A program made the translations under genes and the position numbers. A DNA stretch of 64,000 nucleotides from assembly GCA_963830085.1 (NCBI GenBank), contig CAWHLF010000013.1, positions 60,808 through 124,807 on the forward strand, given 5' to 3'. The notes under the pieces are model-generated. The model made no database searches, was not told the origin of the DNA, and worked only from the letters and a program-made list of their open reading frames with translations. The stretch is from an uncultured Actinomycetes bacterium. Its GTDB lineage: Bacteria; Actinomycetota; Thermoleophilia; Solirubrobacterales; Solirubrobacteraceae. Of this stretch, positions 26,396 through 36,639 are shown piece by piece; within the stretch, counting starts at the first letter, position 1; the number at the start of each line of letters is the position of its first letter.

Positions 26396-27064
26396 CTACG
26401 CGAGCCCATGGGCGAGCTCGGCATCGAGGGCCGCGCGCAGCCCGCTCGCGGCGGCGCGCGGGTCGGCGGCCTCGGCGATCGCGCGGACGACGGCGACGCG
26501 GCGGGCGCCCGCCGCGAGGACGTCGCCGACGTTGGCGGCGTCGATGCCGCCGATCGCGAAGAACGGGACCGGCGCATGAGCGGCGGCGTGACGCACGAGC
26601 TCGAGGCCGACGGCGGGACGGCCGGGCTTCGTCGGCGTCGCGTTGACGGGGCCGACGCCGATGTAGTCGGCGTCGCCGGCGGCTGCGATGTCGGCGGGCG
26701 AGTGCGTCGAGCGGCCGACGAGCGCCTCCGGCCCCGCGAGCTCCCGTGCGCGCGCGACGTCCATGTCGTCCTGGCCGACGTGGCAGCCGTCGGCGCCGGC
26801 GGCGGCGACGAGGTCGGGCCGGTCGTTGAGGATCAGCAGCGCGCCGGCGGCGACGCAGAGCGAGCGGGCCGTCGCGGCGGCCGCGAGCAGCTCGTCGTCG
26901 GTCGCCCGCTTGTCGCGCAGCTGGACGACGTCGACGCCGCCCGCCAGCGCCGGCGCGAGGACGTCGTGCAGGGGACGCCCCCCGGGTGCGACCGGGCAGA
27001 CGAGATAGAGCGCGGCCCGCTGCAGCCGGGCGCGCCGATGGCCGAGGGCGGACACGCGACCCAT
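26396..27064 (-). CDS. thiE: thiamine-phosphate synthase
   Basis: ATG 27064 gives MGRVSALGHRR...LYLVCP...GGVDVVQLRDKRATDDELL...LILNDRPDL...ADGCHVGQDD...STHS...DYIGVGPV..T.TKPG...FAIGGI. Confidence 0.85.
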   Translation of the reverse strand: MGRVSALGHRRARLQRAALYLVCPVAPGGRPLHDVLAPALAGGVDVVQLRDKRATDDELLAAAATARSLCVAAGALLILNDRPDLVAAAGADGCHVGQDDMDVARARELAGPEALVGRSTHSPADIAAAGDADYIGVGPVNATPTKPGRPAVGLELVRHAAAHAPVPFFAIGGIDAANVGDVLAAGARRVAVVRAIAEAADPRAAASGLRAALDAELAHGLA

Positions 27065-27097
27065 TGTCGCAACGCCCGCGGGGCGGGGTGCGCGACC

Positions 27098-27196
27098 GGC
27101 TAGGATTCGGGGCCTAACGGGAGCCCGTGACGCGGGCTGAGAGGGCTTGGAGCCGACCGTCAACAGCTGATCCGGATCATGCCGGCGAAGCGAGGT
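27098..27196 (+). promoter_or_regulatory. TPP (THI-box) riboswitch upstream of thiO-thiS-thiG; boundaries approximate
   Basis: Both conserved cores are present on the + strand: GGGCTGAGAGG, then ...CAGCTGATCCGGATCATGCCGGCGAAGCGAGG. This matches the CUGAGA and ACCUGAUCUGGAUAAUGCCAGCG cores. The 3' end abuts the SD (GAGG) and the ATG at 27200. Confidence 0.8.
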
Positions 27197-27199
27197 GTC

Positions 27200-28350
27200 A
27201 TGCCGCAGGACCCAACAGCATCACCGGACGTCGTCGTCATCGGCGGCGGCGCCATCGGGCTCGCGATCGCGTGGCGCGCCGCACAGCGCGGCGCCGCCGT
27301 CTGCCTGCTCGAGCGCGGCGAGCTCGGCGGCGGGACCTCGCGCGTCGCGGCCGGGATGCTCGCGCCCGTCACCGAGGCCGATCCCGGCGAGCTCGCCCTG
27401 CTGGCGCTCGGGCTGCGCGCCGCCCGCGAGTGGCCGGCGTTCGCCGCCGAGCTCGCCGAGGCGTCCGCGACCGACCCGGGCCTGCGGCGCTGCGGCGCGC
27501 TCGTCGTCGCCCGCGACGGCGACGAGGCCGCGGCGCTCGAGCGCGAGCTCGCGCTGCGCGTCGATCTCGGGCTCGCCGTCGAGCGGCTGCTGCCGAGCGC
27601 CGCGCGGCGCCTGGAGCCCGCGCTCGCGCCGACCGTGCGCCTCGCGCTCGCCGTCGACGGCGACCACGCGGCCGACCCGCGCGCGCTCGTGCTCGCGCTG
27701 GGCGAGGCCGCCCGCCGCGCGGGCGCGCGGCTGCGCACCGGCGCGCACGTGCGCGGCATCCGCGTGCGGCACGGCCGCGTCGCGGGGGTGCAGCTCGACG
27801 GCGGCGAGGTCGTCGAGGCGCGCCAGGTCGTCGTCGCGGCCGGTCCGTGGAGCGGCGCGATCGACGGCGTGCCGGAGGACGCGAGGATCCCGCTGCGCCC
27901 GGTCAAGGGGCAGATCATGCGCCTGCGCGACCCCGCGGGCCCGGGCCTGCTCGAGCGCATCGTCCGCTTCGAGGGCGGCTACCTCGTCCCGCGCGGCGAC
28001 GGGCGCTACGTCCTCGGCGCGACGATGGAGGAGCGCGGCTTCGACACGACCGTGACGGCGGGCGGGATGTACGAGCTGCTGCGCGACGCCGGCGAGCTCG
28101 TGCCGGGCGTCCACGAGCTCGTCGTCGAGGAGACGGCGGCCGGCCTGCGCCCGGCGACGCCCGACAACGCGCCCGTCATCGGGCGCTCGGAGGCGGTCGA
28201 GGGCCTCGTCTGGGCGACCGGCCATCACCGCAACGGCATCCTGCTCGCGCCGGTGACCGCCGAGATCGTCGCCGGCGTGCTCGCGGGGACCGCCGCGCCC
28301 GCCGCGTTCGCGCCCGGCCGCTTCGCCCCGACCCGCGTGAGGGCGACGGC

Positions 28351-28354
<4 letters not shown>
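27200..28354 (+). CDS. thiO: glycine oxidase ThiO (FAD-dependent)
   Basis: MPQDPTASPDVVVIGGGAIGLAIAWRAAQRG...HHRNGILLAP. I prefer ATG 27200 (SD GAGG 8 nt upstream) over the track start at 27179, which lies inside the riboswitch core. Confidence 0.85.
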
Positions 28355-29817
<1,463 letters not shown>

Positions 29818-29838
29818 CCCGCCCGCAGACGCCGGTGC

Positions 29839-30246
29839 CTACTCCGTGACGGTGATCGTCCCGGCCTGCCCCTGGTGGAGCGTGCAGACGTAGTCGATCG
29901 TCCCGGCCGCCGTCGGCGTGTACTCGTACGTGCCGGTGGCGAAGTCGTCGGACTTGAAGTCGGCGCCGTCGGTCGCCGTGACGTTGTGCGGGTAGCCGTC
30001 GTCGTTCGTCCAGACGATCTTCTGGCCGACCTTCGCGGTGCTCTCGTCGGGCACCATCTTGTTGCCCTTCATCGAGATCTCGACGCTCGCGGTCTCCTCG
30101 GCGGCAGGGGCCTCCGCGGTGGCCGCCGGCGCCTCGGTCGTCGCAGCGGTCCCGCCGTCCTCGTCGTCATCGCCGCAGCCGGCGACGAAGGCGCCCCCGA
30201 GCGCCAGGGCTCCACACGACAGCAACGTGATGATCCGGCGTGACAT
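29839..30246 (-). CDS. cupredoxin (plastocyanin/amicyanin-like) lipoprotein
   Basis: 135 aa. Lipobox FVAGC and an acidic Ala/Thr-rich linker. Cu-ligand motifs are GYPHNV and YVCTLHQGQAGTITV; compare plastocyanin C-x-P-H-Q-G-A-G-M. Confidence 0.8.
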   Translation of the reverse strand: MSRRIITLLSCGALALGGAFVAGCGDDDEDGGTAATTEAPAATAEAPAAEETASVEISMKGNKMVPDESTAKVGQKIVWTNDDGYPHNVTATDGADFKSDDFATGTYEYTPTAAGTIDYVCTLHQGQAGTITVTE

Positions 30247-30286
30247 ACGACCTCCCCTGCATCGGCGGGCAGTTTCGCGCGCGAGA

Positions 30287-30967
30287 TTAGCCGTCGGCGG
30301 GGTGCCCGTGCGCCAGCAGCGCGAGGCGCAGCGGGGCGTGGTCGGACAGCTCGCCGCGATCGAGCACCTCGAGCGGCCCGGCCGCCGTGACGCGGCGGCC
30401 CAGGATGTGGTCGACGCCGCGCCCGCCGAGGTGCTCGAATCCCGGCGCCGACGGCGCGCGGACGTTGAAGTCGCCGCCGAGGATCGCGGGCGCGCGCGCC
30501 GCCCAGCCGAGCGCCGCCGCCGCGGCTCGCTCGATGTCGGCCTGCGCGCGGGCGTCGGAGTGGACCTGCGCGTGGAGGTTGGCGACCCACAGCCCGGAGT
30601 CCAGCGCGACCGCGTGGCAGACGCGCCGCTCCGGCCAGCGGCGCAGGAGCACGCGGCGGTGCTCGGCGATCGCCCGCCCGCGGACGAGGATGACGTTCGC
30701 CCCGCCGCCGCCGGACTTCACGACGTCCGGCGCGCGCTCGGCGAGCGCGCGGCGCAGCGCCGGCAGCTCGTTGCGCGACGTCAGGGCGGTGCGGGCGCCG
30801 GCGCGGCAGGCGCGGCCGAGTGGGAGCGCCCACCACGGCGGGACCTCCTGCAGGAGCGCGACGTCCCACTCCCAGCCGGCGAGCGCGCCGGCGAACTCGG
30901 CCTGCAGATCGCGGCCGGCCGGCGGCACGGCACGGCCATGGAAGAGGTTCCACGTCAGGACGCGCAC
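30287..30967 (-). CDS. endonuclease/exonuclease/phosphatase (EEP) family protein
   Basis: GTG 30967 gives VRVLTWNLFHGRA...WDVALLQEV...WVANLHA...LGGDFN...LSDHAPL. Confidence 0.8.
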   Translation of the reverse strand: MRVLTWNLFHGRAVPPAGRDLQAEFAGALAGWEWDVALLQEVPPWWALPLGRACRAGARTALTSRNELPALRRALAERAPDVVKSGGGGANVILVRGRAIAEHRRVLLRRWPERRVCHAVALDSGLWVANLHAQVHSDARAQADIERAAAAALGWAARAPAILGGDFNVRAPSAPGFEHLGGRGVDHILGRRVTAAGPLEVLDRGELSDHAPLRLALLAHGHPADG

Positions 30968-30995
30968 ACGAGGACCGGAGCCTAGACTGCCCGTC

Positions 30996-31868
30996 TTGAC
31001 GCGCCACCTGCTCACCGGGACCGAGCTCGATCGCGACGAGCTGCTCGCGCTGCTCGACCGCGCCGACGCGCTGAAGGCGGCGCCGCTGTCCTCGCGGGCG
31101 CTCGAGGGGCGCAGCATCGCGCTGATCTTCGAGAAGCACTCCACGCGCACGCGGCTGTCGTTCGAGGCCGGGATCTTCGAGCTCGGCGGCCAGCCGGTCG
31201 TCCTGCGCCGCGACGAGCTGCACCTCTCGCGGGGCGAGTCGGTCGCCGACACCGCGCGCGTGCTGTCGCGCCACATGGCCGCGATCGGCGTGCGCACCGG
31301 TCCCGACGAGCTGCTGCAGGAGCTCGCCGAGGTCGCGACGGTGCCGGTCTTCAACATGCTCACGGCCGGCCATCACCCCTGCCAGGCGCTCGCCGACCTC
31401 ATGACGCTGCGCGAGACGTTCGGCCGCCTCGAGGGGCTGAAGCTCGCCTACGTCGGCGACGGCAACAACGTCGCTCGCTCGCTCGCCCTGCTCGGGGCGA
31501 TCGCGGGCGTCGAGGTCGCGGTCGCGTCGCCGCGGGCCTACGCGCTCACCGGCGCGCCGGCGGCGCTGCTCACCGACGACCCCGCCGAGGCCGTGAAGGG
31601 CGCTCACGCCGTCTACGCCGACGTCTGGGTGAGCATGGGCGACGAGGAGACCGCCGACGACAGGCGCGCCGCGCTCGGGCCCTACCGCCTCGACGACGAG
31701 CTGCTCGATCTCGCCGCGCCCGACGTCATCGCGCTGCACTGCCTGCCGGCGCATCCGGGCGAGGAGATCACCGCCGAGGTCCTCTACGGGACGCGCCAGC
31801 GCATCTGGGATCAGGCCGAGAACCGGCGCCATGCGCAGAAGGCGTTGCTGGAGCTGCTCCTGCGTTAG
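30996..31868 (+). CDS. argF: ornithine carbamoyltransferase
   Basis: TTG 30996 gives (M)TRHLLTGTELDRDELLALL...FEKHSTRTRLSFE...HHPCQALADL...DVWVSMGDEE...LHCLPAHPGEE. The start codon choice is tentative. Confidence 0.85.
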   Translation: MTRHLLTGTELDRDELLALLDRADALKAAPLSSRALEGRSIALIFEKHSTRTRLSFEAGIFELGGQPVVLRRDELHLSRGESVADTARVLSRHMAAIGVRTGPDELLQELAEVATVPVFNMLTAGHHPCQALADLMTLRETFGRLEGLKLAYVGDGNNVARSLALLGAIAGVEVAVASPRAYALTGAPAALLTDDPAEAVKGAHAVYADVWVSMGDEETADDRRAALGPYRLDDELLDLAAPDVIALHCLPAHPGEEITAEVLYGTRQRIWDQAENRRHAQKALLELLLR

Positions 31869-31910
31869 CCTCGTCCGGCACGGGGATCGATCGTGGTAGG
31901 AGGCTCGCCG

Positions 31911-32585
31911 ATGCCGCAGCCGAAGAAGCAGGGCACGTCCGCACGCAAGACGCCCGGGAGCAAGCCCGCCGCCCGCAAGCCCGCGCGCAAGGCGGCCTCC
32001 CCGAAGCCCGCCCGCAAGAAGCCGGTCGTCGGCGCGGCGCCGGGCAGGCCCGCGCCACCGCCGCCCGAGCGCTCCGACGACGACGCCGTCCACGCGGCGA
32101 TCGCGATGCTGCGCGACCTGCTCTCGCGCGGCGTCGTCATCAGCAGCGACCGCCTCCAGGAGACCGTCGACGAAGCGGTCCGGCGCGGCCGGATGACGCG
32201 CGACGACGCCGAGGACCTCGTCGCCAACCTCGTCCAGATCGGCCGCCGCCAGACGCAGGACACGCTCGCCGAGCTCGAGTCGCTCGTCGGGCGCTCGGCG
32301 ACGCAGACGCGCCGCATGGCGCGCTCGCGCGTGCGCAGCGTCGCCTCCGCGGCCCGTCAGGCGCCCGGCACCGACCGCGCGCTGCGCGCCGTCGACCGCG
32401 CGCGCCGCGCCGCCGGCCTGGGCTCGCAGTTTCCGATCAGCGGCTACGACGACCTGACCGCGGCGCAGGTCAAGGAGCGCCTCGGCGAGCTGTCGGCCGC
32501 GGAGCTGCGCAAGGTCCGCGATCACGAGCGTCGCAACGCGAACCGCAAGTCGATCCTCGCCGCCGTCGAGAAGCTGCTGCGGTAG
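31911..32585 (+). CDS. phasin-like / PHA-granule-associated-type protein with a Lys/Pro/Ala-rich histone-H1-like N-terminus
   Basis: ATG 31911 with TAGGAGG 7 nt upstream. Sequence: MPQPKKQGTSARKTPGSKPAARKPARKAASPKPARKKP...RLQETVDEAVRRGRMTRDDAEDLVANLV...GYDDLTAAQVKERLGELSAAELRKVRDHERRNANRKSIL. Confidence 0.6.
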   Translation: MPQPKKQGTSARKTPGSKPAARKPARKAASPKPARKKPVVGAAPGRPAPPPPERSDDDAVHAAIAMLRDLLSRGVVISSDRLQETVDEAVRRGRMTRDDAEDLVANLVQIGRRQTQDTLAELESLVGRSATQTRRMARSRVRSVASAARQAPGTDRALRAVDRARRAAGLGSQFPISGYDDLTAAQVKERLGELSAAELRKVRDHERRNANRKSILAAVEKLLR

Positions 32586-32605
32586 GCACGCCGGCGGACC
32601 CTGCG

Positions 32606-33997
32606 ATGCTGGTGTGGATGGAAGCATCCACGACCTTCACGCGCCCCGAGCGCGGCGCGACGATCGAGCTGAGCGTCGAGGCGCTCGCCTACGGCGGCAA
32701 CGGGATCGCGCGACTCGCGACCGGCGAGGACGATCGCGGCGGCTACGTCGTCTTCGTCGGCGGCGCCGTCCCGGGCGACCGCGTGCGCGCCGTCGTCACG
32801 AAGCGCAAGCGCGGCTACGCCGAGGCGCGCACGCTCGAGGTGCTCGAGCCGAGCCCCGAGCGCATCGAGCCCGTCGCCGACCATCCCGGCGCGCCCTGGC
32901 AGGTCCTGCCCTACGAGCGCCAGCTCGCCGTCAAGCAGGAGCAGGTCCATGACGCGCTGACGCGCATCGGCCACCTCGAGGGCTTCGTGCTCGACGACAT
33001 CGTGCCCGCCGAGCAGACGTGGCGCTATCGCAACAAGCTCGAGTACTCCTTCGGCACCGGCGACGCCGGCGAGCTCGTCTGCGGCTTCCACGCCCCGGGC
33101 TCGTGGCACGAGATCGTGCCGATCACGGATTGCCTGCTGGCCTCCGAGCGCTCCAACGCCGTCCGCGACCAGGTCGTCGCGTGGTGTCGCTCGCAGGGCC
33201 TCGCGGCGATGGACCGCCGGACTCAGACCGGGATGCTGCGCAACCTCGTCATCCGCGAGGGGCGGCGCACCGGCGAGCTCCAGGTGCGCCTCGTCACCGG
33301 TCCCGGCGAGCTCGACACCGAGAGCCTCGCCGCCGCGGTCGACTGCGAGGGCCTCATGTGGACGCGCACGGACGCGCTCGCCGAGACGACGCAGGGCGGC
33401 GAGACCCAGCTCGTCGCGGGCGCGCGCAAGCTCCAGGAGGAGCTGTCCGGGCTGCGGCTGGCGATCTCGCCGCTGGCGTTCTTTCAGACGAACACCGAGA
33501 TGGCCGAGAAGCTCTATGCGATCGCCGCGGACCTCGCCGGCCTGCAGGGCTGGGAGCGCGTCTACGACCTCTACTGCGGGATCGGGACCGTCGGCCTCAG
33601 CGTCGCGGACCGCGCCGGCGAGATCTGGGGCCTGGAGATCGTCGAGGAGGCCGTCGCCGACGCGATCGCCAACGCGAAGCGCAACCAGATCGACAACACG
33701 CGCTTCTTCGCCGGCGACGTCCGCCTGGCGCTGCGCGAGCTGACCGAGGAGGCCGGCCGGCCCGACGTCTGCCTCGTCGATCCGCCGCGCGCCGGCCTGT
33801 CGCAGAAGATCGTGCGGCGCATCATCGAGGCCAACCCGCGCCGGATCGTCTACATCTCGTGCAACCCGACGACGCTCGCGCCGAACGCCGCGCAGCTCGT
33901 CGAGGCGGGCTACGCGCTGCGCCGCGTCGTCCCGGTCGACATGTTCCCGCAGACCCCGCACATCGAGTGCGTGGCGCTGCTGGAGCGCGTCGCCTGA
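32606..33997 (+). CDS. RNA (uracil-5)-methyltransferase, TRAM + SAM-MTase (RlmD/TrmA family)
   Basis: 463 aa. TRAM-like N-terminus (IELSVEALAYGGNGIARL...), then FFQTN, DLYCGIGTVGL and DPPRAGL. An alternative ATG lies at 32618. Confidence 0.85.
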   Translation: MLVWMEASTTFTRPERGATIELSVEALAYGGNGIARLATGEDDRGGYVVFVGGAVPGDRVRAVVTKRKRGYAEARTLEVLEPSPERIEPVADHPGAPWQVLPYERQLAVKQEQVHDALTRIGHLEGFVLDDIVPAEQTWRYRNKLEYSFGTGDAGELVCGFHAPGSWHEIVPITDCLLASERSNAVRDQVVAWCRSQGLAAMDRRTQTGMLRNLVIREGRRTGELQVRLVTGPGELDTESLAAAVDCEGLMWTRTDALAETTQGGETQLVAGARKLQEELSGLRLAISPLAFFQTNTEMAEKLYAIAADLAGLQGWERVYDLYCGIGTVGLSVADRAGEIWGLEIVEEAVADAIANAKRNQIDNTRFFAGDVRLALRELTEEAGRPDVCLVDPPRAGLSQKIVRRIIEANPRRIVYISCNPTTLAPNAAQLVEAGYALRRVVPVDMFPQTPHIECVALLERVA

Positions 33998-34001
33998 CGC
34001 G

Positions 34002-34227
34002 CTACGGATCCAGCAGCGCCGTCAGCGCCGCGATGTCGCGCTCGTCGCGCGGGCGACCGCTCTTTCGCGGTGTCGGGCGCCGGCACGACGTCGAGGTCCA
34101 TCGTGGTCCGGCGATGTCCGTGGACCTGCACCGCGACGCCTCCGATGATCGTATACCGGACCTCGTGGCGCGCGAGCGCGGCGAGCAGCTCGCGCAGGTC
34201 CAGAGGGTGCGAGGGCTCCTCGATCAC
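34002..34227 (-). pseudogene. nucleotidyltransferase-fold protein remnant (toxin-like partner of the XRE gene), frame-disrupted near 34060 and very short
   Basis: GTG 34227 gives VIEEPSHPLDLRELLAALARHEVRYTIIGGVAVQVHGHRRTTMDLDVVPAPD... A plausible C-terminus, RDERDIAALTALLDP* (stop 34002-34004), lies in the adjacent frame. Confidence 0.45.
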
Positions 34228-34564
34228 GACCGCCGCCGGCTGCGCGCGAGCGCGCCCTCGATCTCCAGCCGGGTCGCACGAGGTTCCACGACGCCGCCTC
34301 GGCCAGCCGCTGCTCGGGCGTCATCCGCCGCGCGTGCGCGAGCTCGGCGGGCTCGACATCGAGCTCGAGCGGGACGACCTCGAGGACCGGGCGCTCGCCG
34401 AGTGCCAGCAGCAGCTGGGCGAAGCGCTCGAAGCTCGGTGACTCGCTGCCGGCCTCGATGCGGCTGATCGCCGCCTGCGTCGTGTCGGCCCGGCGCGCGA
34501 GCGAGCGCTGTGAGACGCCGTGGCGCAGGCGGGCCGCGCGGAGCTCGTCTCCGAGGATCGACAC
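34224..34564 (-). pseudogene. XRE-family HTH protein (antitoxin-like), frame-disrupted near 34280
   Basis: GTG 34564 gives VSILGDELRAARLRHGVSQRSLARRADTTQAAISRIEAGSESPSFERFAQLLLALG...MTPEQRLAEAASWN. The adjacent frame ends ...ATRLEIEGALARSRRRS*. Its TGA overlaps the GTG of the next gene (GTGA). Confidence 0.6.
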
Positions 34565-34569
34565 GACGC

Positions 34570-34589
34570 GATACCGTATCCGATATCGG
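34570..34589. promoter_or_regulatory. overlapping palindromes GATACCGTATC / CCGATATCGG just upstream of the XRE gene (operator candidate)
   Basis: GATAC-C-GTATC at 34570-34580 and the perfect 10-bp palindrome CCGATATCGG at 34580-34589. They start 6 nt upstream of the XRE start codon. Confidence 0.4.
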
Positions 34590-34659
34590 CGAGCTTGCCG
34601 GTTTCATCGCCGCGGAGGCGGGGCAACGACGTCAGAGATGGCTTCTGTGCGACAGCCTC

Positions 34660-34869
34660 GTGGCTGAGCGGGCATCGGCGTTTCGCACCGGCGCGGCCGG
34701 CTGGTGGCTCGTTCTCGCCGTGACGATCGGCGCCACGGCGGCGCTGATCGGGGTCGCGCTCGGCCTCGAGACGCTCTGGGTCGCGATCGGCGCCGGCGTC
34801 GTGGCGGCCGTGCTGCCCGCGGTGCTCGACGAGCGCCGGCGCCGGCGCGAGCGCGCGCCGCGCACCTGA
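34660..34869 (+). CDS. small two-TM membrane protein (69 aa), hypothetical
   Basis: GTG 34660 lies within track ORF 34510..34869. Sequence: VAERASAFRTGAAGWWLVLAVTIGATAALIGVALGLETLWVAIGAGVVAAVLPAVLDERRRRRERAPRT. High GC3. The upstream part of the track ORF is antisense to the XRE gene. Confidence 0.35.
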   Translation: MAERASAFRTGAAGWWLVLAVTIGATAALIGVALGLETLWVAIGAGVVAAVLPAVLDERRRRRERAPRT

Positions 34870-34877
34870 CGCGAGCC

Positions 34878-35570
34878 TCAGCGGCCGCGCAGCGCCCGCA
34901 GCTCGGCGCGCAGCTGCACGATCTCGGCCTCCAGGCGCGCGACGCGCTCCTCCAGCGGCAGCTCCTGCGCGGGCGCGCGCTCCGGCGCCGCCGGCATCGG
35001 CCGCCCGGGGGCGGCGCGCATGACCGGGGGCGCGGCGAGCAGCTCGGCGGGCGAGGGCGCCGTCACCGCGACGGGCTCGGGGACGTCGTCGTCGGACAGG
35101 CGGTGCGCGTAGCGCTCCTCCTTCTGGCCCGGGCGGCGGGGCAGCTGGGCGACGAGGTCGCGGTCGATGAGCCGTGCGAGGGTCTCGTGGATCGCGTCGA
35201 GGCCGCCGAAGGGGTGCAGGCGCTCGGTGCGGGCCTTGAGCTCGCCGGGCGTCTGGGCGCCGCGGAGCATGAGGACGCAGAGCACGGCGAGCTCGTCCGG
35301 CGCGCTCGTCAGCGACTCGTCGAGCAGGTGGCGGTACTTCGACGTCCGGCTCCCGGCGCCGCTGGACAGGCGCGCCCAGCGCCGGCGGTGCAGGCGGGTG
35401 ACCGCGTCGCGGATCGTCGCCTCGTCGTAGGCGACGACGGGATCGCGGTTCGTGGACTGGTTGCAGGCAGCGCGCAGCGCGTTGAGCGTCAGCGGGTAGG
35501 CGTCGGGCGTCGTGCGCTGCTTCTCGAGGAGGCAGCCCAGGACGCGGATCTCGGCCGCGGCGAGGTCCAC
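34878..35570 (-). CDS. YceH/DUF480-family protein
   Basis: GTG 35570 gives VDLAAAEIRVLGCLLEKQRTTPDAYPLTLNALRAACNQSTNRDPVV...LSSGAGSRTSKYRHLL...LAVLCVLMLRGAQTPGELKARTERL. Coiled-coil C-terminus. Confidence 0.8.
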   Translation of the reverse strand: MDLAAAEIRVLGCLLEKQRTTPDAYPLTLNALRAACNQSTNRDPVVAYDEATIRDAVTRLHRRRWARLSSGAGSRTSKYRHLLDESLTSAPDELAVLCVLMLRGAQTPGELKARTERLHPFGGLDAIHETLARLIDRDLVAQLPRRPGQKEERYAHRLSDDDVPEPVAVTAPSPAELLAAPPVMRAAPGRPMPAAPERAPAQELPLEERVARLEAEIVQLRAELRALRGR

Positions 35571-36580
35571 TACTCGCTTTTGGGCCCGCCCTTGGAGGGC
35601 TTGTTGTCCTCGAAGCGCTTCAGCCAGTCGGTGAGCTGCTGCCCGGCGCTGGAGACGTGCTCGCCGGCCTCGTGGAAGAGCTCCCTGAAGCGCTCGGTGT
35701 AGTGCGCCGCCGCGTCGCCGGCCTCCTCGCGGACCGGGCGCTCCTGGCCGCGACGGGTGTACTCGCCGCTGACGATCCGGTCGTAGTCGCCGTCGCGCAC
35801 CCACGCGAGCAGCTCCGAGACGCGCCGGACCGGCAGCGCGTGGGTCTGGCGCATGTCGGTCAGCAGCCGCTGGAGGCGGTCCAGGCCATCGCCGCTCTCG
35901 GTGTACTCCATCGCCTGGCGCATGAACGCGTCGAGGTTGAGGTCGGCGGCCTTCGCGCCGCCGGACATCGTCATGAGCATGCGGCAGACCAGGCGCGGGT
36001 CGCGCGTGACGATCGCCGCCGCGCGGTCGCAGGTCAGCTCGGAGGCGCGCGACCACTCCAGCAGCGCATACTGGACCGCCTGCAGCGGCACGCCGGCGCC
36101 GAGCGGCAGCCGCTGGCTGCCGATCCGCAGGAGGATCTCCAGCGCGGTCCGGTAGAGGACGTGGTCGGAGAGGATGTGGGCGACCTCGTGGGCGATGACC
36201 GCCTCGAGCTGGGCGTCGTCGAGCAGCGAGACGGTCGCGCTGTTGAGCACGACGATCGGCTTGCCCGAGCCGACGGCCATGGCGTTCGCCATCGGCTGCT
36301 GGGTGATGTAGAGGTCGTACTCCTCGGGCATGTCGAGGACGCCGAGCACGTGCTGGTAGAGCGTCCAGATCCCCGGGAGCTGGTCGGTGCCGAGGCGCAC
36401 GGACGCGCCGAGGTACGTCTGGCGCAGCGCACGCTCGTAGCCGAACTCGATGAGCTTGCGCACGACGATGTCGAGCATCGGGATCGAGCCGAGCGCGGCG
36501 GTCGCGGCGCGGTCGGCCGGGTGCTCGTAGGCCTTCGGCGAGATGCCGGTCAGCCGGTAGGCCTCCGCTGGCGTCGTCAC
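35570..36580 (-). CDS. M48-family zinc metallopeptidase
   Basis: 336 aa with HEVAH (AVIAHEVAHILSDH). The downstream motif ELTCDRAAA is typical of M48 peptidases. Confidence 0.85.
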   Translation of the reverse strand: MTTPAEAYRLTGISPKAYEHPADRAATAALGSIPMLDIVVRKLIEFGYERALRQTYLGASVRLGTDQLPGIWTLYQHVLGVLDMPEEYDLYITQQPMANAMAVGSGKPIVVLNSATVSLLDDAQLEAVIAHEVAHILSDHVLYRTALEILLRIGSQRLPLGAGVPLQAVQYALLEWSRASELTCDRAAAIVTRDPRLVCRMLMTMSGGAKAADLNLDAFMRQAMEYTESGDGLDRLQRLLTDMRQTHALPVRRVSELLAWVRDGDYDRIVSGEYTRRGQERPVREEAGDAAAHYTERFRELFHEAGEHVSSAGQQLTDWLKRFEDNKPSKGGPKSE

Positions 36581-36639
36581 CGGATCAGCTTAGTCCACAG
36601 CCCAGCACCTCCGAGGTTGCGCGTCTAGACTCCGCGGCC

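Noticed and set aside
27179-27199. ATG at 27179 as the thiO start (ORF-track start)
   Set aside because: It lies inside the conserved GATCATGCCGGCG core of the TPP riboswitch. ATG 27200 has a GAGG SD at proper spacing and gives a normal N-terminus before the GxGxxG motif.
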